Source of the DNA: a virus
Virus record (IMG/VR): IMGVR_UViG_3300013125_000006
Span: 13,265-77,264 of that record
Strand: one strand, 5' to 3'
Length of the DNA stretch: 64,000 nt
Shown one piece after another: positions 1 to 15,200 of the stretch. Position numbers and translations under genes: made by a program. The stretch's first letter is position 1. Every line of letters begins with the position of its first letter. Below the pieces are notes generated by a model. It did no database searches and was not told where the DNA came from. It was given only the letters and a program-made list of their open reading frames with translations.

Positions 1-1
1 A

Positions 2-1138
2 ACTGTAGAAGAATTGTGGGGTAAAATATTAAAATTAGAACAGGAGAGAATTAATAGAATGGCCCAATTTAAAAAACTTAAATTTGGGGGAATTTTTAAA
101 TTCCAAGCAGGAAGTAGTTTTAATATACTAGGTGAAAAATCTATAAAGGATCTTATAAAAGAATTGCCAAAAGGATTAGATAGAACCGGTTTGGCAAATC
201 TTACAATGTATGCTAATACTATAAATACAAATAGATATATTGGAGATCAACAAAGAAAAGCAACTGCAAATTCGATTTATAAAATACCATATTTAGAAAA
301 AGTAAATATGAGAATTGGTAGTGAGCCTTTAATAGAGGCTAATTCCCAAGCAAATAAAATGAGGTCTCAAGGAGCTAGAATTGCTACTACAACTTCTGAT
401 ATTGATAAGGGAAATGCTGTTAGATTAGAAGCTGAAAATAAAGCTTCTGATATAATGACTAAAGGAAATTTAATAAACACTGATAGAATTGATAAATTAA
501 GAAATTATCAAATTGATAACAACCAGAAAGTAGATCAAACAAATTTATCTATAGCAGGTAAAAACAGAGGAATTGTTGCAGAAGCTATGAAGAATATCAA
601 TTTAATAAACTCTAATCAAGCCCTAGCACAAAATGCAGCATTTACTAATTTAGTGAGAGGAATTGATAAAAATGCATCTGTAAGAGATTATAAAACTGCA
701 TTGGAGGAATATACTAACTTATCAAATAGTGATGTATTAAAAGCAAAGATTAAAGAGTATGAAAATTTAAGTGGTCAAAAAGGTTTAGAAGAAGTTCAAG
801 CTAAGTATGATAATTTGAAAAATACTTTAGGTAAAGACTTTACTACTCCTTTAGAAGAATCTACTCCATATCTAGAAAGAAAGAAAAAGCTTGAAGACTT
901 ACAAAAAGAACTTGAAATACTTTACGAGCCTATAAAAAAAGCTCAGATAAATTTACAAGGAAAACAAGCTTTATTATATATGAAGAAAGGCGGAGGCCTT
1001 ACAAAAGAAGATAAAATTGAATTAGAAAATATAAAGTTCAATCACAAAAAAGCTTTGGATGAACTAAGATCTTTCTATAAAACAATTTTACAAAATAATG
1101 AGTTAATGCAAAAAGCTTTAATAAAAGTATTTAAGTAA
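2..1138 (+). CDS. Putative virion cargo/structural protein, 5'-partial
   Basis: Frame is open from position 2 to TAA at 1136-1138. Helical N/Q/A-rich sequence with KxxxGG-like motifs (KKLKFGG, YMKKGGG). Lies directly upstream of the giant cargo genes. Confidence 0.7.
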   Translation, partial: TVEELWGKILKLEQERINRMAQFKKLKFGGIFKFQAGSSFNILGEKSIKDLIKELPKGLDRTGLANLTMYANTINTNRYIGDQQRKATANSIYKIPYLEKVNMRIGSEPLIEANSQANKMRSQGARIATTTSDIDKGNAVRLEAENKASDIMTKGNLINTDRIDKLRNYQIDNNQKVDQTNLSIAGKNRGIVAEAMKNINLINSNQALAQNAAFTNLVRGIDKNASVRDYKTALEEYTNLSNSDVLKAKIKEYENLSGQKGLEEVQAKYDNLKNTLGKDFTTPLEESTPYLERKKKLEDLQKELEILYEPIKKAQINLQGKQALLYMKKGGGLTKEDKIELENIKFNHKKALDELRSFYKTILQNNELMQKALIKVFK

Positions 1139-3045
1139 TGAAGAAAAAAATTAAAAGATTGGCAGATGGGGGTGGATTCGCAGCATTCACCCCTATTATT
1201 CATTCAGCCCCAACTCCACAAATTTCACAACCTGCAAAACAGACTGGCAGTACTGAGCCAGAATCAAATTCAATTATAGATGAAAAAATGTTGGAATACC
1301 TATATAAGAATAGGGGACTTGTAAATGATGTTAACAAGTTAGTATCTGATTTAATTAAATTAGAATCATCTTCTACTACACCATATTTAAATAAACAGAA
1401 CAGGATTGCAGCACTACAAATAACAGCTAGAATAAATGAAGTAAGTCAAAATAAAGAGAGTTGGAATGATGCAATAAAAATAGCTAAAGAAGCCGGAGGG
1501 TTAAGTGAGATAGCAGTTGATACATATGGAAGAATATTCTCAAAAACTCCTGATAATCAAATAAAATCTTATTCTCTTGAAGAATATAAAACTAAAAAAG
1601 ATAAAATAAGACCATTAAGCGTACAAGAATTAATGTATGAAAGACAGTATAATCCAAATCTTACTGGTAAGAATGAAGTATTTACTGTAGCTGAAAATGC
1701 AATAGGAATAAACAATATTACAGATCATATAAAAAATATAGTAACATCATTAGCAATAGAATCTGATGAATCTGAAAAATTCTATGAAAAAGAGAAAGTA
1801 ATTAATTACTTACAATCAAAAAATATTAAAAATCCAACTAAACAGGAAATAGAAGGATTAGTTGTTTTAAATGAAATAGCAAATTCTCCTGGAGATTATG
1901 TATCTGTAAATAAAAAAATAACCTCACAAAGAGGAAATATAGAAAAAGCATTGGGATATATTTGGAGTACTTTAGGAACTCCGGCACAACAAAAATTAAG
2001 AGCAGTATCTATAACAAATAATATAGATAATCCCTTACAACTAATTTATGATATGCTTAATGTTCATACAGACCATTCAGAATCATTATCTATAACACCA
2101 AAGACATTACCAAAATCAAAAGAAGAATCTAAGAATTCAGATAAATCTATAAGTTTATCTGTCCCAGAATTATTTCATGGAGATAGGTTGCATACACCAG
2201 GAATGTTTTATGAAATAAATAATCCATCAGCAAAAGTATCTTTAAAAGTAACTGCAACAGGAATAGGATCATTATTTAGTCTTACTAAAAATGGAGAAAT
2301 CTTAGGTCCAGAAACTTTAAATAGAGTGCTAATATCTGATAATTATCAATCAATACTTAATCAAGAAAAAGTATATTTAGGAGATGAAAAAGTAGACCCA
2401 ATGCTATTAAGAGAGTTAGCTTATACAGGACAACAAGTTGCAAAGGTATATATGCCAGTAAGAGCAGATGGATCTCCAGATTTAGGACAAATGGAAAAAT
2501 TTAACACTATTTTCCAGGAATTTTCAAAAAATAAAAATTCATGAACAAAAGAACAGGCTGAAAAATACTTTAAGCAAAATGGATTTTCTAATGTTATAAT
2601 AAAACAAATCTCTAATCAAGATGGAACCGTAGATAAAGTAATTGCAGAATCTGGAAATGTAAGACCTTTCTTGGCAATACCTGTAATAACTAGTTCATCA
2701 TCTGATTTATCAGATAATCCTTGAATGACTAAAATTATTGGACCAGGACTAGATGCAGCAGAGCTATTATTAGAAGAAGCTTTTACAGTTTATGGAGGAA
2801 CTCCTTCAAAACCAACAAAAAAACTACAAATACCACACTCAACTTTTGGAGGAAAAGATCCATATCAAGGTGTGGCATTTATAGCATATAGACCAGAAGC
2901 AAATGCTATATTAAGTGCAACACAAAGACACTTAATTGGTACAGCCCCAACAGATGAAGACTTATATAGAAATTTAAACTTTAGTACAGCATCACAAAAT
3001 CCGTCTGGAATAAATTCATCTTCTGATGTACTTAAGGATAATTAA
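1138..3045 (+). CDS. Putative virion cargo protein (~635 aa; TGA=Trp at 2542 and 2722)
   Basis: ORFs 1138..2544 and 2725..3045 are in one frame, separated only by TGAs (NS*TKEQ, DNP*MTK). The intervening frame is open and the gene ends in TAA. Confidence 0.8.
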
Positions 3046-3060
3046 AAATAATAATGTAAT

Positions 3061-6000
3061 ATGGAAATATCAAAACCTAATGATATATTAATTGCTACGA
3101 TAAATAGTCCAGGATCTACTCCGTATGATTTTTTATCAAATAATATAAGAGGTGATAATACATCATTTTTTACAAAAGATGAGTATAAACAAACAAGTTA
3201 TATACAAGATGCATTTAAGGATGATAAAGGAAAATTTGATGAAATAGCTTTTGATAAAGCTTATGATTTGGCAAAAAATAATTTTTACTTAATAACTAAT
3301 GCAGAATATTTAAAATCTCTCAATGAAATAGAATATAGTCCATTTGATGTTACTAGACCAAAAGAGGCTAAAACTATTAAAGTAGGAGCTTCTTTTGAGA
3401 AGGAATATAATCCTTTTGAAGAGAAAAAAGGATGGACTGGAATAGGCTCAGTAGATTTGAGTAATTTATCAATGAGAGAATTGGCTCAAAAAGGAAAAAT
3501 ATATGATCCAACAACAAAGACATGGTCAGAAGAATCAATTAATGATTTATCATTAGTAGATAAATTATTTGGAGATACTTATGTATATGCACAATATGAT
3601 GAAGATGGACAACATTTAGATCTATCTTCTGGGATGATTGTATCTCATAAAAAAGGAGACTGGAAAATAAATGAAGAAGGAAATCTATTTATTGAAAAAT
3701 TAGCCGGAAGAGAAATATATGGAAAACAGGTTGTAAATCCGATGGATGTTTTAACTACTGATGGATCTATAGTTAATAATTTTGATTTCCTAGATTCAGA
3801 TGGAAGAGAAAAGTCAATTGGAGGAACAATATTAAAAACAGCTGTTGAAATAGCACCATTACTAATACCAGAAATTGGTATATTTAGAGGAGCTATGTCG
3901 ATACCAGCTTTATACGGAGGATTAAGAGCTTCTATAGGACTAGCAACTGCTATGCCAACCTTATATAAATCAATGGAAGGATTGTTAGTAGGAGATAGTA
4001 ATACTACTGTTACTCAAGGTGCAACACAGCTAGAGGGATGACTATCTAAGTATGCTCAATCTAGTGTGTCAGATGAAGGCTCAGAATCTTTATTTGGAGT
4101 TGAGCAAATGACACAAATGGTTTCTAGTATATTTTCACAAATATATGAACAAAGAGCTGCTGCAAGTTTATCTAAACTAATATACAGAGGAGATAAATTA
4201 GTAGAGGGAGAAACAAAAAGACTTGCTAATGAAATAAATCAAAAATTAGTATCAGAAGCTTTAGAAGGTAAGATAAAATTTGAGGATATAGGAGCATTGT
4301 CTCAAGCTGCAATGGAAAAAATCCCAACATTACAATCAGTAATAAAAAAACAAAGTGATTTATCAAAGGCTCTTTCTCTTGGTTATATGGCAATTGTATC
4401 AACCAGTGATATTTATGGTCAAGCAATAGAAGGTGGATATGATAGAAGGACAGCTGGTTTTGCAGCTTTAGCAGCAGCAGCTGGACAATATGGTATAATG
4501 ATGAATAACAGAATGGGAACATGGTTTTTAGATAAAACTACAGGATATTCAGAAGAAACCAACAAAGCCCTTATGAGAAAATCAGTATTGCCATGATTAA
4601 AAGACATAGAAACAGGATTTAAATCTGTAAAAGTAAATGTAACTGAAGGTAAAAAAGAACTTGGAAATGTATTTGGAAAAATAAAAAATTCAATGCAAGG
4701 CATATTTATGAATCCAGCAGTAGTTGGAGAAGCAATGTGGAAAAATGCTTTAGTAGAAGGTGTCGAAGAGGTTACAGAACAAGTTGTACTAGATGCAACT
4801 AAAGGAATAGTAGATACTATGTCTTATCTTGGATTAACAAAGAAACAAGGTTCGTTAGGTGGATGGAATAATATATTTAGTAAACAAGGCTTTGAAAATT
4901 ACTTAGCTAACTTTGTTGGAGGTATTGTAGGTGGTGGATTATTTGAATTCCATAGATCGGTATTAGCTCCCTGGATTGATCCGTCTATTATGAATAAAGA
5001 AACACAAAAGTCTTTATATGAACTTATTGCTGCTGGACATAAGGATGATATTATAGATATTATTAATTCAAAGAAATCAAGTTTTGGAAATAATTATGTT
5101 ACTCCAGTATCTGAAAATGGAGAATTTAAAGAAGCTGGAAAAGATAATATATCTCAAGCCGATTTAATAGCTGAAAAAGCAATTGAAATGGTTAATATAA
5201 TTGATGGAATATTAAATAGCCATGATTTGATAAAAGACGATTCTGAAATAATAAATAAAGCAATTAGAGATAAAATAATTATAGATCAGTTAAATGCTAC
5301 AAAGCCTGAAAATTCTACAATAGGATTAGAAGGATTAGTTCTAGAGGACTATAAGTCAAATATGGTAAAAATAGTAGAACTAGAATCACAAATGAAAAAT
5401 TTAACTGATTCAGTAGAGGATACTAAAATAAAGTCATTACTTAAATCAGAATTAAAGAATTATGTAGATAATGTAAATTTAATATTAGAAGGTAAAAAAG
5501 GAGTAGAATATTTAACTAAATCTTTATTATATTTGGTAAAAGACGTACATTCTCCATTTTTAAAAATAAGTAAGCCAGATTTTGTAAAAGAAACATATAA
5601 TGTAAATTACTTCGATCTGCCAACATCAGGAATAGGACTTACAAAAGAAAGAATGGATAAAGAATGAGATGAATATATTACATCAAAAGACCTTAAAAAG
5701 GATTTAAATACAATTTATAAAGTATATACTGGTTTAGAGCAGATTTTAAATGATCCGATAGCAAAATATTCTGAAACAGGTTATGATGTAGAAAGGTTAA
5801 AAACCATACAAAATATCTTTGATTTAAAAAAGACAATAGACTTGTTTAATACAGAATCTTCTCCTGAACAAAAGACTTTAGCATTACAGAGGTTTATAAA
5901 AATAAATGAAGAATTACAAAATAGCAAGATAGTAGCTCCTTGGACTGTATATCATAATGATATGTATAATCAGTTAAATAATTTAGGACTTATAAAGAAA

Positions 6001-9000
6001 GCTACTATTAATGTTGATGAAAATGGAGAAGAAACATATGAGTTAAGTAATTTTGATGATTCTGAATTAAATACAAATACTGAAGAGGGAATAACTGTAA
6101 AACAGAAATTACAATCTATTATAGAATCTTATTTTAAATTATTTAATATAAATCCTTTAAATGCTGAATCAGTAATAGAAAAATTAAATACTCAAATAAC
6201 TTTAGAAAATAAAGAAGTACTAAATCAGATTTCAAATATACAGAAAAAAGGAATATTATCAGAAGAAGATTTGAATAAAATAGAGGAATTAAAGTCTAAA
6301 TTATATAACTTTAAAATAGGTAATATAAATGAAACTCCAAGAATTAAAGAATTATTAGAGATATCCAATTTAAAAATTACTAACAAATTAGGAGAGTTAG
6401 GAATAACCATGGATGAATATAATAAGTATTTATTCAATAAGAGCAATGAGAATGTATTTTCTAAAACTTTTGAAGAATTATTATCCAAGTTTGAAACAAA
6501 AGATTGAACCGATTTAAACAAAGATCAATTACTTGAATTTTTAACAGAATTAAATACTCTTGGAATAATTGACTTTTCTTTAACAGAGATGTCTTCAATT
6601 TCTTCAAATGCAAGAGAAATTATAGAAAATGAAGTGTCAAAACTTAATAACTCTGAATTATCTGAATCTGAACTTTTTGACATAAAAATTTTATTAGAAC
6701 CATTTATAAATACAATTAAAAATATTATAGATTCTAATAATTCAATGCTTAATAATGACTCCTCCAAATCTTTTGAGGAATTTATTAATGATGAAGTAAA
6801 TTCAGTTAATGAACAGAAAGAAAAATTAAAGCCAGAAATATTTAAATTACATAATTATGCATTAGATTTATTAATAAAAGAATTGGAATCAGGCAATGCG
6901 GATAAAGAAGTTTTTCTGGAGACAGAAAAACTAATTAATGATGAAAAAATAGATTTAATAGCAAGAATATTTCCCAATATAAAAGATTTTGAATATTCAA
7001 AATTAGAGGAAACTATAGATTCTATAGTTCTTTTACAAAGTAACTTACTAAATGAATTTGAAGACTTTGAAAATGACATAGGAACATATTCAGAGCTTAG
7101 TGAAATAAGAAAGTTAATTGAAGGAGAGGAAGAGGCTTTTAAGAATGATTCAAATTATAAAGGAATTTTTCCAAATATAGAAACATTAAACTTCATTAAA
7201 AATAATTATGATTTGGGATTATCTTTAGCATCACTAAATGTTGCCCTTAAAGATTCTATTAAATCACTTAGTGATAATAAAATTGTTATTGATAAAATAA
7301 ATAAATTTAATGATTTAGTCTCCAAAGGAATATCTTTGAAATCAAATCCTTTATATGATTTTATTAGGAATTTTGTATTAACTTTGTCATCTGGTTCGGA
7401 AAGCAAAACTACTAAAATTTTTGATATACTTGAAAGAGAGGAAACTATGTTAAAATCTTTATCAAGTGTAACTAATTACTTGGCAGAGGATATTAAAACT
7501 CAGGATTTTTTACAGGCTATTGATTATTTAAAAATGATTAAGGCAGTAATAAATGCCATGTCTACAACTAAAGTAAGTTTTGGTGAACCTTATGGATTTA
7601 TTCAGAGTAGAATAAATTATGCAAATAAATATGATAAAGAGAATGATGTTTTAAAATTAAAAACAATTTCTTCTGATTTAGCATCATTAATGGCGCAAGA
7701 TGTAGATATACTAATTACTAAACTTGGATTCTTAAAAGAATTATCAATGTTTAATAAGGGAAAAATGACACTTGAACAAGAAGAAATAAGATCAAGAGTC
7801 GAAAATCTCCTAGTTGATAATTGGAGAATATCAATGTCTAAAATAAATCCATCATTTTTACCACTTGAAAAAATAAAAGAAATATTAGCATCTACTGAAA
7901 GTAATTCAAAAAAATTAATGCAAATAGAAAATGTAGTATTTTTGCATAATGTAAACAACAAAGAAAAAGCTTTAGAGGAGTTTATAAAAAATCTTGATTT
8001 TGCAGATTCTGATGAATTTTCTCAGATGGATAGAAATATATCTAAATTAGAACAGTGAGATTTGGCTGTTTATTATGCCACTACTCTTGCAATGAAATCT
8101 GAGGATTTTAGTATAAGATCTTTTATTACAGTAAATAGTGAATTTAATAAAGCACCATTCTTTACACAAGAATTTGCAGCAAAAGTAGTAAAAGCAAGTA
8201 CTATTAATCCCGAATTATTTGCTAAAATTTTAGAATTAAAGAAAAATTCAGCAAAAACTACAACAGATTTTATTACAATAGTACTTGGAGGAGCTGGAAC
8301 AGGAAAAACATCTGCAATATTTGGAATGGATATTGACAATTTTAGACAAACAAATAATAATACAAATATATGAATTTCAGCTCCGGCTGATTTACAAAAA
8401 AATAATTTAGTAAAAACATTAGAAAATTCTGTTGGAAAAAATAAGCTTACAATAGAAGATTTTAATAAAGCTAAACTATTTGAAAAATTAGGCATTTCAG
8501 AAATAGCAGAAAAAATAATATCTGAAATTTCTCAAATAGAAGATGATAAGGTAGTTAAGGAATATGTTAAACTTGAAAATGGTATTATTACTTTAACTGA
8601 TAAAGTATTAAGTAATGAATGAATTACTGATATAGAGGAAAATTTAAAAAATCTACCTAATTTATTATTAATTGACGAAGTAACCCATTTCTCATCTTTT
8701 GAACTATATTTATTAAATGCTATATCTAAACATTCTTATTATAATAAGAATTTAGGTTTTATGAAAATAATTGCAGCTGGAGATCCGACTCAATTAGGAT
8801 ATCTTGCTAATGTTAATAAGAATTTCTATAGTTATAATGTAGACGCAATAAATGCTATTTTTACCCCAAGATTATGGTCAAGTGTCAGATCTTCAAATGG
8901 ACAAAAGAGACTAAATAATGATAGATATATAAGAATAGTAAGAGAAATTGAAAAAATATATAAAAATAGTAAGGGATATTATGATAAAGCTGCAGAAGAT

Positions 9001-12000
9001 TCTTTAAGATATTTAAGGAACAATGTCGAATTAAATACTCTTTCATATTTTGAGGCTCAAAATGATTTTGCTGGAGATAAGATAGTAACAGCGCTTAATA
9101 AAGAAATAGTAACTACAATAAAGAGTCAGATGGATAAAAATCCTGAATTTACTTTAGGAGTACTTACTGAAGATGGAAAGCTTCCAGAAGATTGGAATAC
9201 TTTATTAAGTGAAGTTGGGTTAATAACACCAGAAGACACATCAAGAATAAAAATATTTACCCCAAGTAATATACAGGGAAGTGAAGTAGATTATTTTATT
9301 TTTGATGCAAATCTAATTAAAAAATATGACAAAATAAGAGACCAATTAAAAGCATTTTATACCTTTATGTCGAGATCTAAAGTTGGGTCTTTTATAATTG
9401 ACAGTAGTAATATACTAAGTAATTTAAATATATTCAATGGAAAGAAAGATTTATTTCCTTCTAACTTTGAATTAATGACACCTGAGGTAATAAAAAATGC
9501 AAAAGAGAAAAGAATAGAAGATCTTAAAAAACTTCTTGGAGAAAATCTACAAGTATCAGATTATGATAATTTTAAGTGAGATATTGGAGAATTATCTGAT
9601 CAAGAATTTACAGACTCAAGATTTGTAACTAGTGATATTCCAGAGCCATTGGATTTAAATGAAAATTCAGACGTATCTAAAGGAGAAAATTTAACACCAG
9701 AAGATTTAAAAAATGGCTTTAAAATATTAATGCATAGTTTTTACAATAATCCTAATGCAATAGTAGATACTAAGACTAAGACTATCAAAACTAATTCTAA
9801 TGCTATAAATTCAGACTTAAATTTTATTTCTGATATAGGCAGTGATAAATTTAATGGGGTGATTTCTAGTTGGATAAAATTAAAGAATTATGTATTAAAT
9901 AACCTATCACAAAAACAAATTAGAAGTAATGATTTTGAAGAATTCTTTAAGGAGGCTTTTAAAGGAGATGTAGATTCATCTGAATTAATTTCAATAGAAC
10001 CTATTTTAACTGCAACTAAGTATAATAAAAATATAAATACACCATTTGCTAAACATGGATTTAAAGAAGACAAAACCTTAGGAAATGGTAAAACATTTAT
10101 AACCTTATCTGCAAAATTAATATTAGGTCAAAAAGTACATTATATTACATTAGCTGCTTTTGGTACAGAGGAACAAATACTTAAGAAAGCTACAGAATAT
10201 AATGTTGACAATGTTAAAATTGAGGAAAAATTTAGAGAAATAGAAAAACTTCTTGAAGCTTCTCAAAATAATTTCTTAGAATTACCAATAGATGATATTG
10301 AAAATATAAAAATAATAACTAGTACAAGATTAGAAAAAGTATTTACTAACAGTAACAAAAGAGTTACTTATGACTTAAGTTCTCTAGAAGAAAATTTCCC
10401 AGGAATGAATATAAGTGAAATTAGATTTTTCCCAAGAAGTTTAGAAGAATTTAAAAAACTACTCAAAAAATATACTTTTGGGCCTGAGAGATTTTCAAAT
10501 CAAGGATTATCAGACAGTGAGATAGAAAAGAAGATAAAAGTTCTTTTTGAGGGAAATAGAGACAAAAATGGGAAATTAATAAAAGATGCTGATGGTAAAA
10601 CAAATTCAGGATTAAAAAATAAACCTTATATAGTAGTTTCAACTAAGGAAGATTTAGATGGAAACGAAAATGTAAACACAACACAAGCAGTTTTAATTCC
10701 AATAGGTTCAAATCAAAGAAATTTAGATACCTTAACAAAAGAGGTAGAAGATTTACTAGAAGAGAGAAGATTGGATATGGAAAATGGGTATACTAATAAC
10801 AAAAAAATAAGTCCAGAAATAAATGCAAAAACTGAAATTTTATTAAATAGATCAGATATATTAAGTGTATTGATAAAATGGGGAAAAACAAAGTATGATA
10901 ATGGAACATTATTAGATTTGTTAACTAAAGAAATAGAATTTTCATTGAGTGATACAGTAACAGGAAATAAAACTTCAGTATTTGATATCTTTTCTAGATT
11001 TAAAAATAGCAATGCAGAAACTTCTGTAGCCTCTAGGGAAAATATGAAAAAAGTTATAGACTTTGTAAAAGAAGCTCTGGCTAAAAATGAAAATGCAACA
11101 GTTGCAGAGATAAAAGAATCTGTAGTATCTAAAATGGATAAAATGACTGGATGGCATTGAACATTTTTCAATATTTTTGGATATGAAAAGATCATATCAG
11201 ATTTAGAGGATGAGAAATTTTTAGAGCTAATGTTAAAAGGAGAAATTAATGACAAAGTTTTAGAAGTCTTTAATAATTCTAAAGGCCATGAAGAAATGAA
11301 AACTATCCTGAGTACTTTGGTACAAAGTTTAACTGGATTTAAATTCTATTATTCAATCCCAATTAAGCCAGCAAAAATAGAAGGAGGACCATTTATTGTA
11401 AATCCTGCCATTGATGGCTCTAATGGATTTAAGAAAGAATTATTTGCTGATAAATTTTTCATAAATGTAGCCCCAGAAGGACCAAGATTGTTATTAAATA
11501 TAAATACATTTTTAACGGCAGTTCCAATAGACCAATCACAAGTTATTTCTACTCCGCCTGCTCCGCCTGCTTCAAAAACTACTAAAAAAGCGACTAAAAA
11601 TAAAGTAGTTCCAGAAGTATTGGATCAAACTTTAGTCTCTGATGTTAAGTTAAATTCTTCTCTAAATGAAGATTTAAAATTAGCAAATTCTTTAGTAAAA
11701 GAATATGAGAAAATAGTAGGAGTAGTTAATCCTATGGATACTATGACTAGAATAGCAAATTTCTTAAATAAAAATTTCAAATGAGGAATTTCAGAAATAG
11801 TTAGTGATGGTGAAAATTTCAAATTTACTACTCCAAATGGAGACTTTGAAATTAAGGCAGAAATTGTTGGAAATAAAATTAATAATTTATTAGATCAATT
11901 TGTAACTGCATATTTCGTAGGAAAGCATATTAATCCATCTGAGAATTTTGAAGACTTTGTATATAAAATAGGAAGTCAAATAATATCAGAAGATATTAGA

Positions 12001-12273
12001 GAAAATCTAAGTTTGGTATTAAAATCAATTAGTAAAATAGTTGGAGAAGAAAAACTTATTAAATTAATAGAAGATAATGTATCTAATTCAGCATATGATA
12101 TGTTAGATGATGTATCTAAAATAGAAGTATTAATAAATGGATTAGGATTATCTGTTTCAAAAAGTGGAATTTCAATCAAAGAGTTATGGGAATTTCTACA
12201 AATAAGTAAAACTGATCCTCAATTAAAAGCAATAAAAGAACAAATTAATAATTTGTTAGAAACCTGTAAATAA
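3061..12273 (+). CDS. Giant virion cargo/ejection protein (~3070 aa) with SF1 helicase-like domain; 10 in-frame TGA
   Basis: All ORF pieces from 3061 to 12273 share one frame and are broken only by TGA (4039, 4594, 5665, 6505, 8056, 8371, 8620, 9577, 11158, 11782). Motifs: Walker A GGAGTGKT (~8287), Walker B LLIDE (~8670), AGDPTQL, QGSEVD and FMSRSK. Gly/Ala-rich hydrophobic helices in the N-terminal part. Confidence 0.85.
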
Positions 12274-12282
12274 ATATTATAA

Positions 12283-15200
12283 ATGAGTAAATGTGATGTA
12301 AAATATATAGGAAAAATAATTAGTCAAATAGACGATTTCTTTCTTATAGAAGAAGACAAAAGCCTAGAAAATTTAGAATCATATGTCAAAGAAGGGATTC
12401 CTGGGTTACACCAGGACTTCTCTTTGGAGACCTATATTAAAAATTCAAAAGACTTTAGTGATATGTTTTCTGGATTAGTTGAATTATATGATCTATCTTT
12501 AGACACCTATATAAAAGGAATAGATTCAAAATTTATAAACACAAAAAGTAATGTATCAAGAAATTTTTCAACAGATAGAATAGTTGATTTATTCCATACC
12601 TTACCATTAGCAAAAGCAAGATTTGAAAACTTTTCAATTAAAAAGATTTTAACTGCCTTTTTAATAGGACAAAAGTCATCAAATAAATTCGTATCTTCTA
12701 ATTCAGAAATTTCTAAAAATTTTACTGCATTAAAGAATGATTTGTTTTTAAAAATACAAGATTTTTTAAGTAGTAAGAATATTATTAAAAAATCTGAAAT
12801 ACAGGATTTATACAATAGTAATGGAGATATAATAGACTATAATCATTATAAAAAAATAATGAATCTTATAGATGATTATTTCTTCTCGGATGAATCAAAG
12901 TTAATTAAGACATATTCAAATAAAAAAGGTATTCCAAACTTATCCATGGATACAGTAGAAAATTCAGATTTATTTGATTCCTACAATGCTAGTATATTAT
13001 TATCTAATTTTGACTCTGTATTACAGGAATATTTTAGTGGAATAGTGGATATAAATTATAACTTATTTAATAATCTAAGAAGTAATTTAGAATCAGGAGA
13101 CAAATATTCTAAGAAAATAGAAGGAATAAAAACAGAGTATTGGAGAAAAGATACTCATGAGACTGAAAGCAGTGAAGAGGGAGAAAGTAAACTTATAAAG
13201 CTACTTGTTTCCACAATTCCAATATATAATAAGAAAGGTATTGATAGCGGAGTAACTATGGAAATGAAAGATCTATATCTTATAGCTGCAATGATTTCTG
13301 ATTTTGAAATTGTAAACGGAAATAGATTAAAAAATAAAGAAGGAAGCAATTTTATATATTTCAATGAATCTCCTAAAAAAGCATTGTTACAGTATTTGGA
13401 TAATGTGGATAAAGCTTTTAATGGTTTAGATGGGGATACTTTATATAAAGAACATTTTCAATATAATTATGAGTTTATACTATCACTAAAAAAGTTTATA
13501 GAATCAGAAGAATTAAATATATTATCTAAAGAAGATAATTCTAAGGAATCTATTATAGAAATGATAGCCCAAGTTATAAATAATAATTTTGGAGCATCCT
13601 ATCTCACATATAATTCTAATGGTAAATATACTATTAGAGAAATGTATAAACAAAATTTTAATACAATTCATTTGCAAGATTCTGTATTTGAGAAAATCTT
13701 AAGATCTAAAAATGAAAAATTATATGATGTAGAGAAGAATAAAGATGAAATAGATGAACTTTTTAAAAATATAAATGATGGAACAAATTTACTGCTAATT
13801 CCAAAAGAAGCTAAGATTGCAATAAATAGTTATATTGGAAAAAGGACAGGAATATATTTATCTTATCTAGGATTTGACGATTTAATAGTAGATATTAGAA
13901 AACATCAAGAGAACCTTACAGTAACAGGATTCAAAAATATGCTTACAAATTTTAGTAATGCTGTCATTGAAGATAGGGCAAGAATAAAAAAAGCAGTAGA
14001 AAATAAACAAATAACTGATACTAGTAAAGATATAAATTCTGGGGATTACATACAATCTCTAAATAATAATTCTTTATTTAAAGGACATATAAATGCATTT
14101 CTAATAAATTATCCAGTAAAAGCAGTTATGAATATTAATTTATTAAGTGGTGAGAAATTACCAACTTTTAAACTGGCTAATCTTACTCAAAAAGATACAG
14201 AAATATTTGAATTACAGAGAGATTTTGAAAAATCTGGAACTTCGTTATTTAAGAGTCTTCTAATAAAAGATACTCCAGCTATATTAGGAACAGGAACTAA
14301 ATTAGAGCTGATAAATGGAGAAGACAATAAATCTGCATCAAAATTTAATATTCAAGAAAATTTTACATCAGACTTTCAATTGGATTTCTTAAAAAATATA
14401 GAGAGTAATGGAAACTTTTCAATAATGCTAGGGAATTACTCTGATAAAAATACTATATTGACAAAAATAATCAATGGAAGTTTTAAAATTCAAGGTAATT
14501 CAAAGACTATTTTACAATATTCTCAAAAAGAATTATTAAATATTGTAAAATTACAAGGAGGAAGTTTTTATAAAAATACGTTAGTAAATGTATTAGCTGA
14601 TTTAAATTTCTTATTAGGAAGAACTGATAAAAGAGTAGTAGAAACCAATGTTAAGAAAATAGAATCTGATATAAAAGAATTGAATATAATATTAGAAAAT
14701 ACTGATGTAAGAACATTATCAAAAAAAGCATCAGATAATGGTATTAAAATATTAGAAGAACTACATTTTTCAAAATATGAAGGAAAATTTAAATTAAATC
14801 AGTTACTTGTTGACAACTATAGAATATTTAATGATGATGATTTATTTAATGATTTTGTAAAATTACAAGAAAATGAAGTAATAAGGAAATTTAAAAAATA
14901 TAATAAATCATCAGAAATTAAATTTCTTAAAGATATTGACTTAAAAAAAATATCTGAGAAATTAGGAATAGAAGAAAAAGAATTTCCAAAGAAGGAAACA
15001 AATGGAAAGGAAAATATAGATTATACACAAATAGAATCTTCTGGAGAACTTAATCCATTACTTAAAAAATGGTTATGAACAAATGCTTTATTTAGAAATG
15101 AATATTTATTTGTAACAGGAAAAGGTGAATATATGCATCCTCATAAAGTCAAGAGTTTATCTTTTAGAGGAAATTCTAATGGATTATTATCAAAAAATGA

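Noticed and set aside
11553-11571. Tandem repeat tccgcctgc x2
   Set aside because: It simply encodes a PPAPPA linker in the giant protein.
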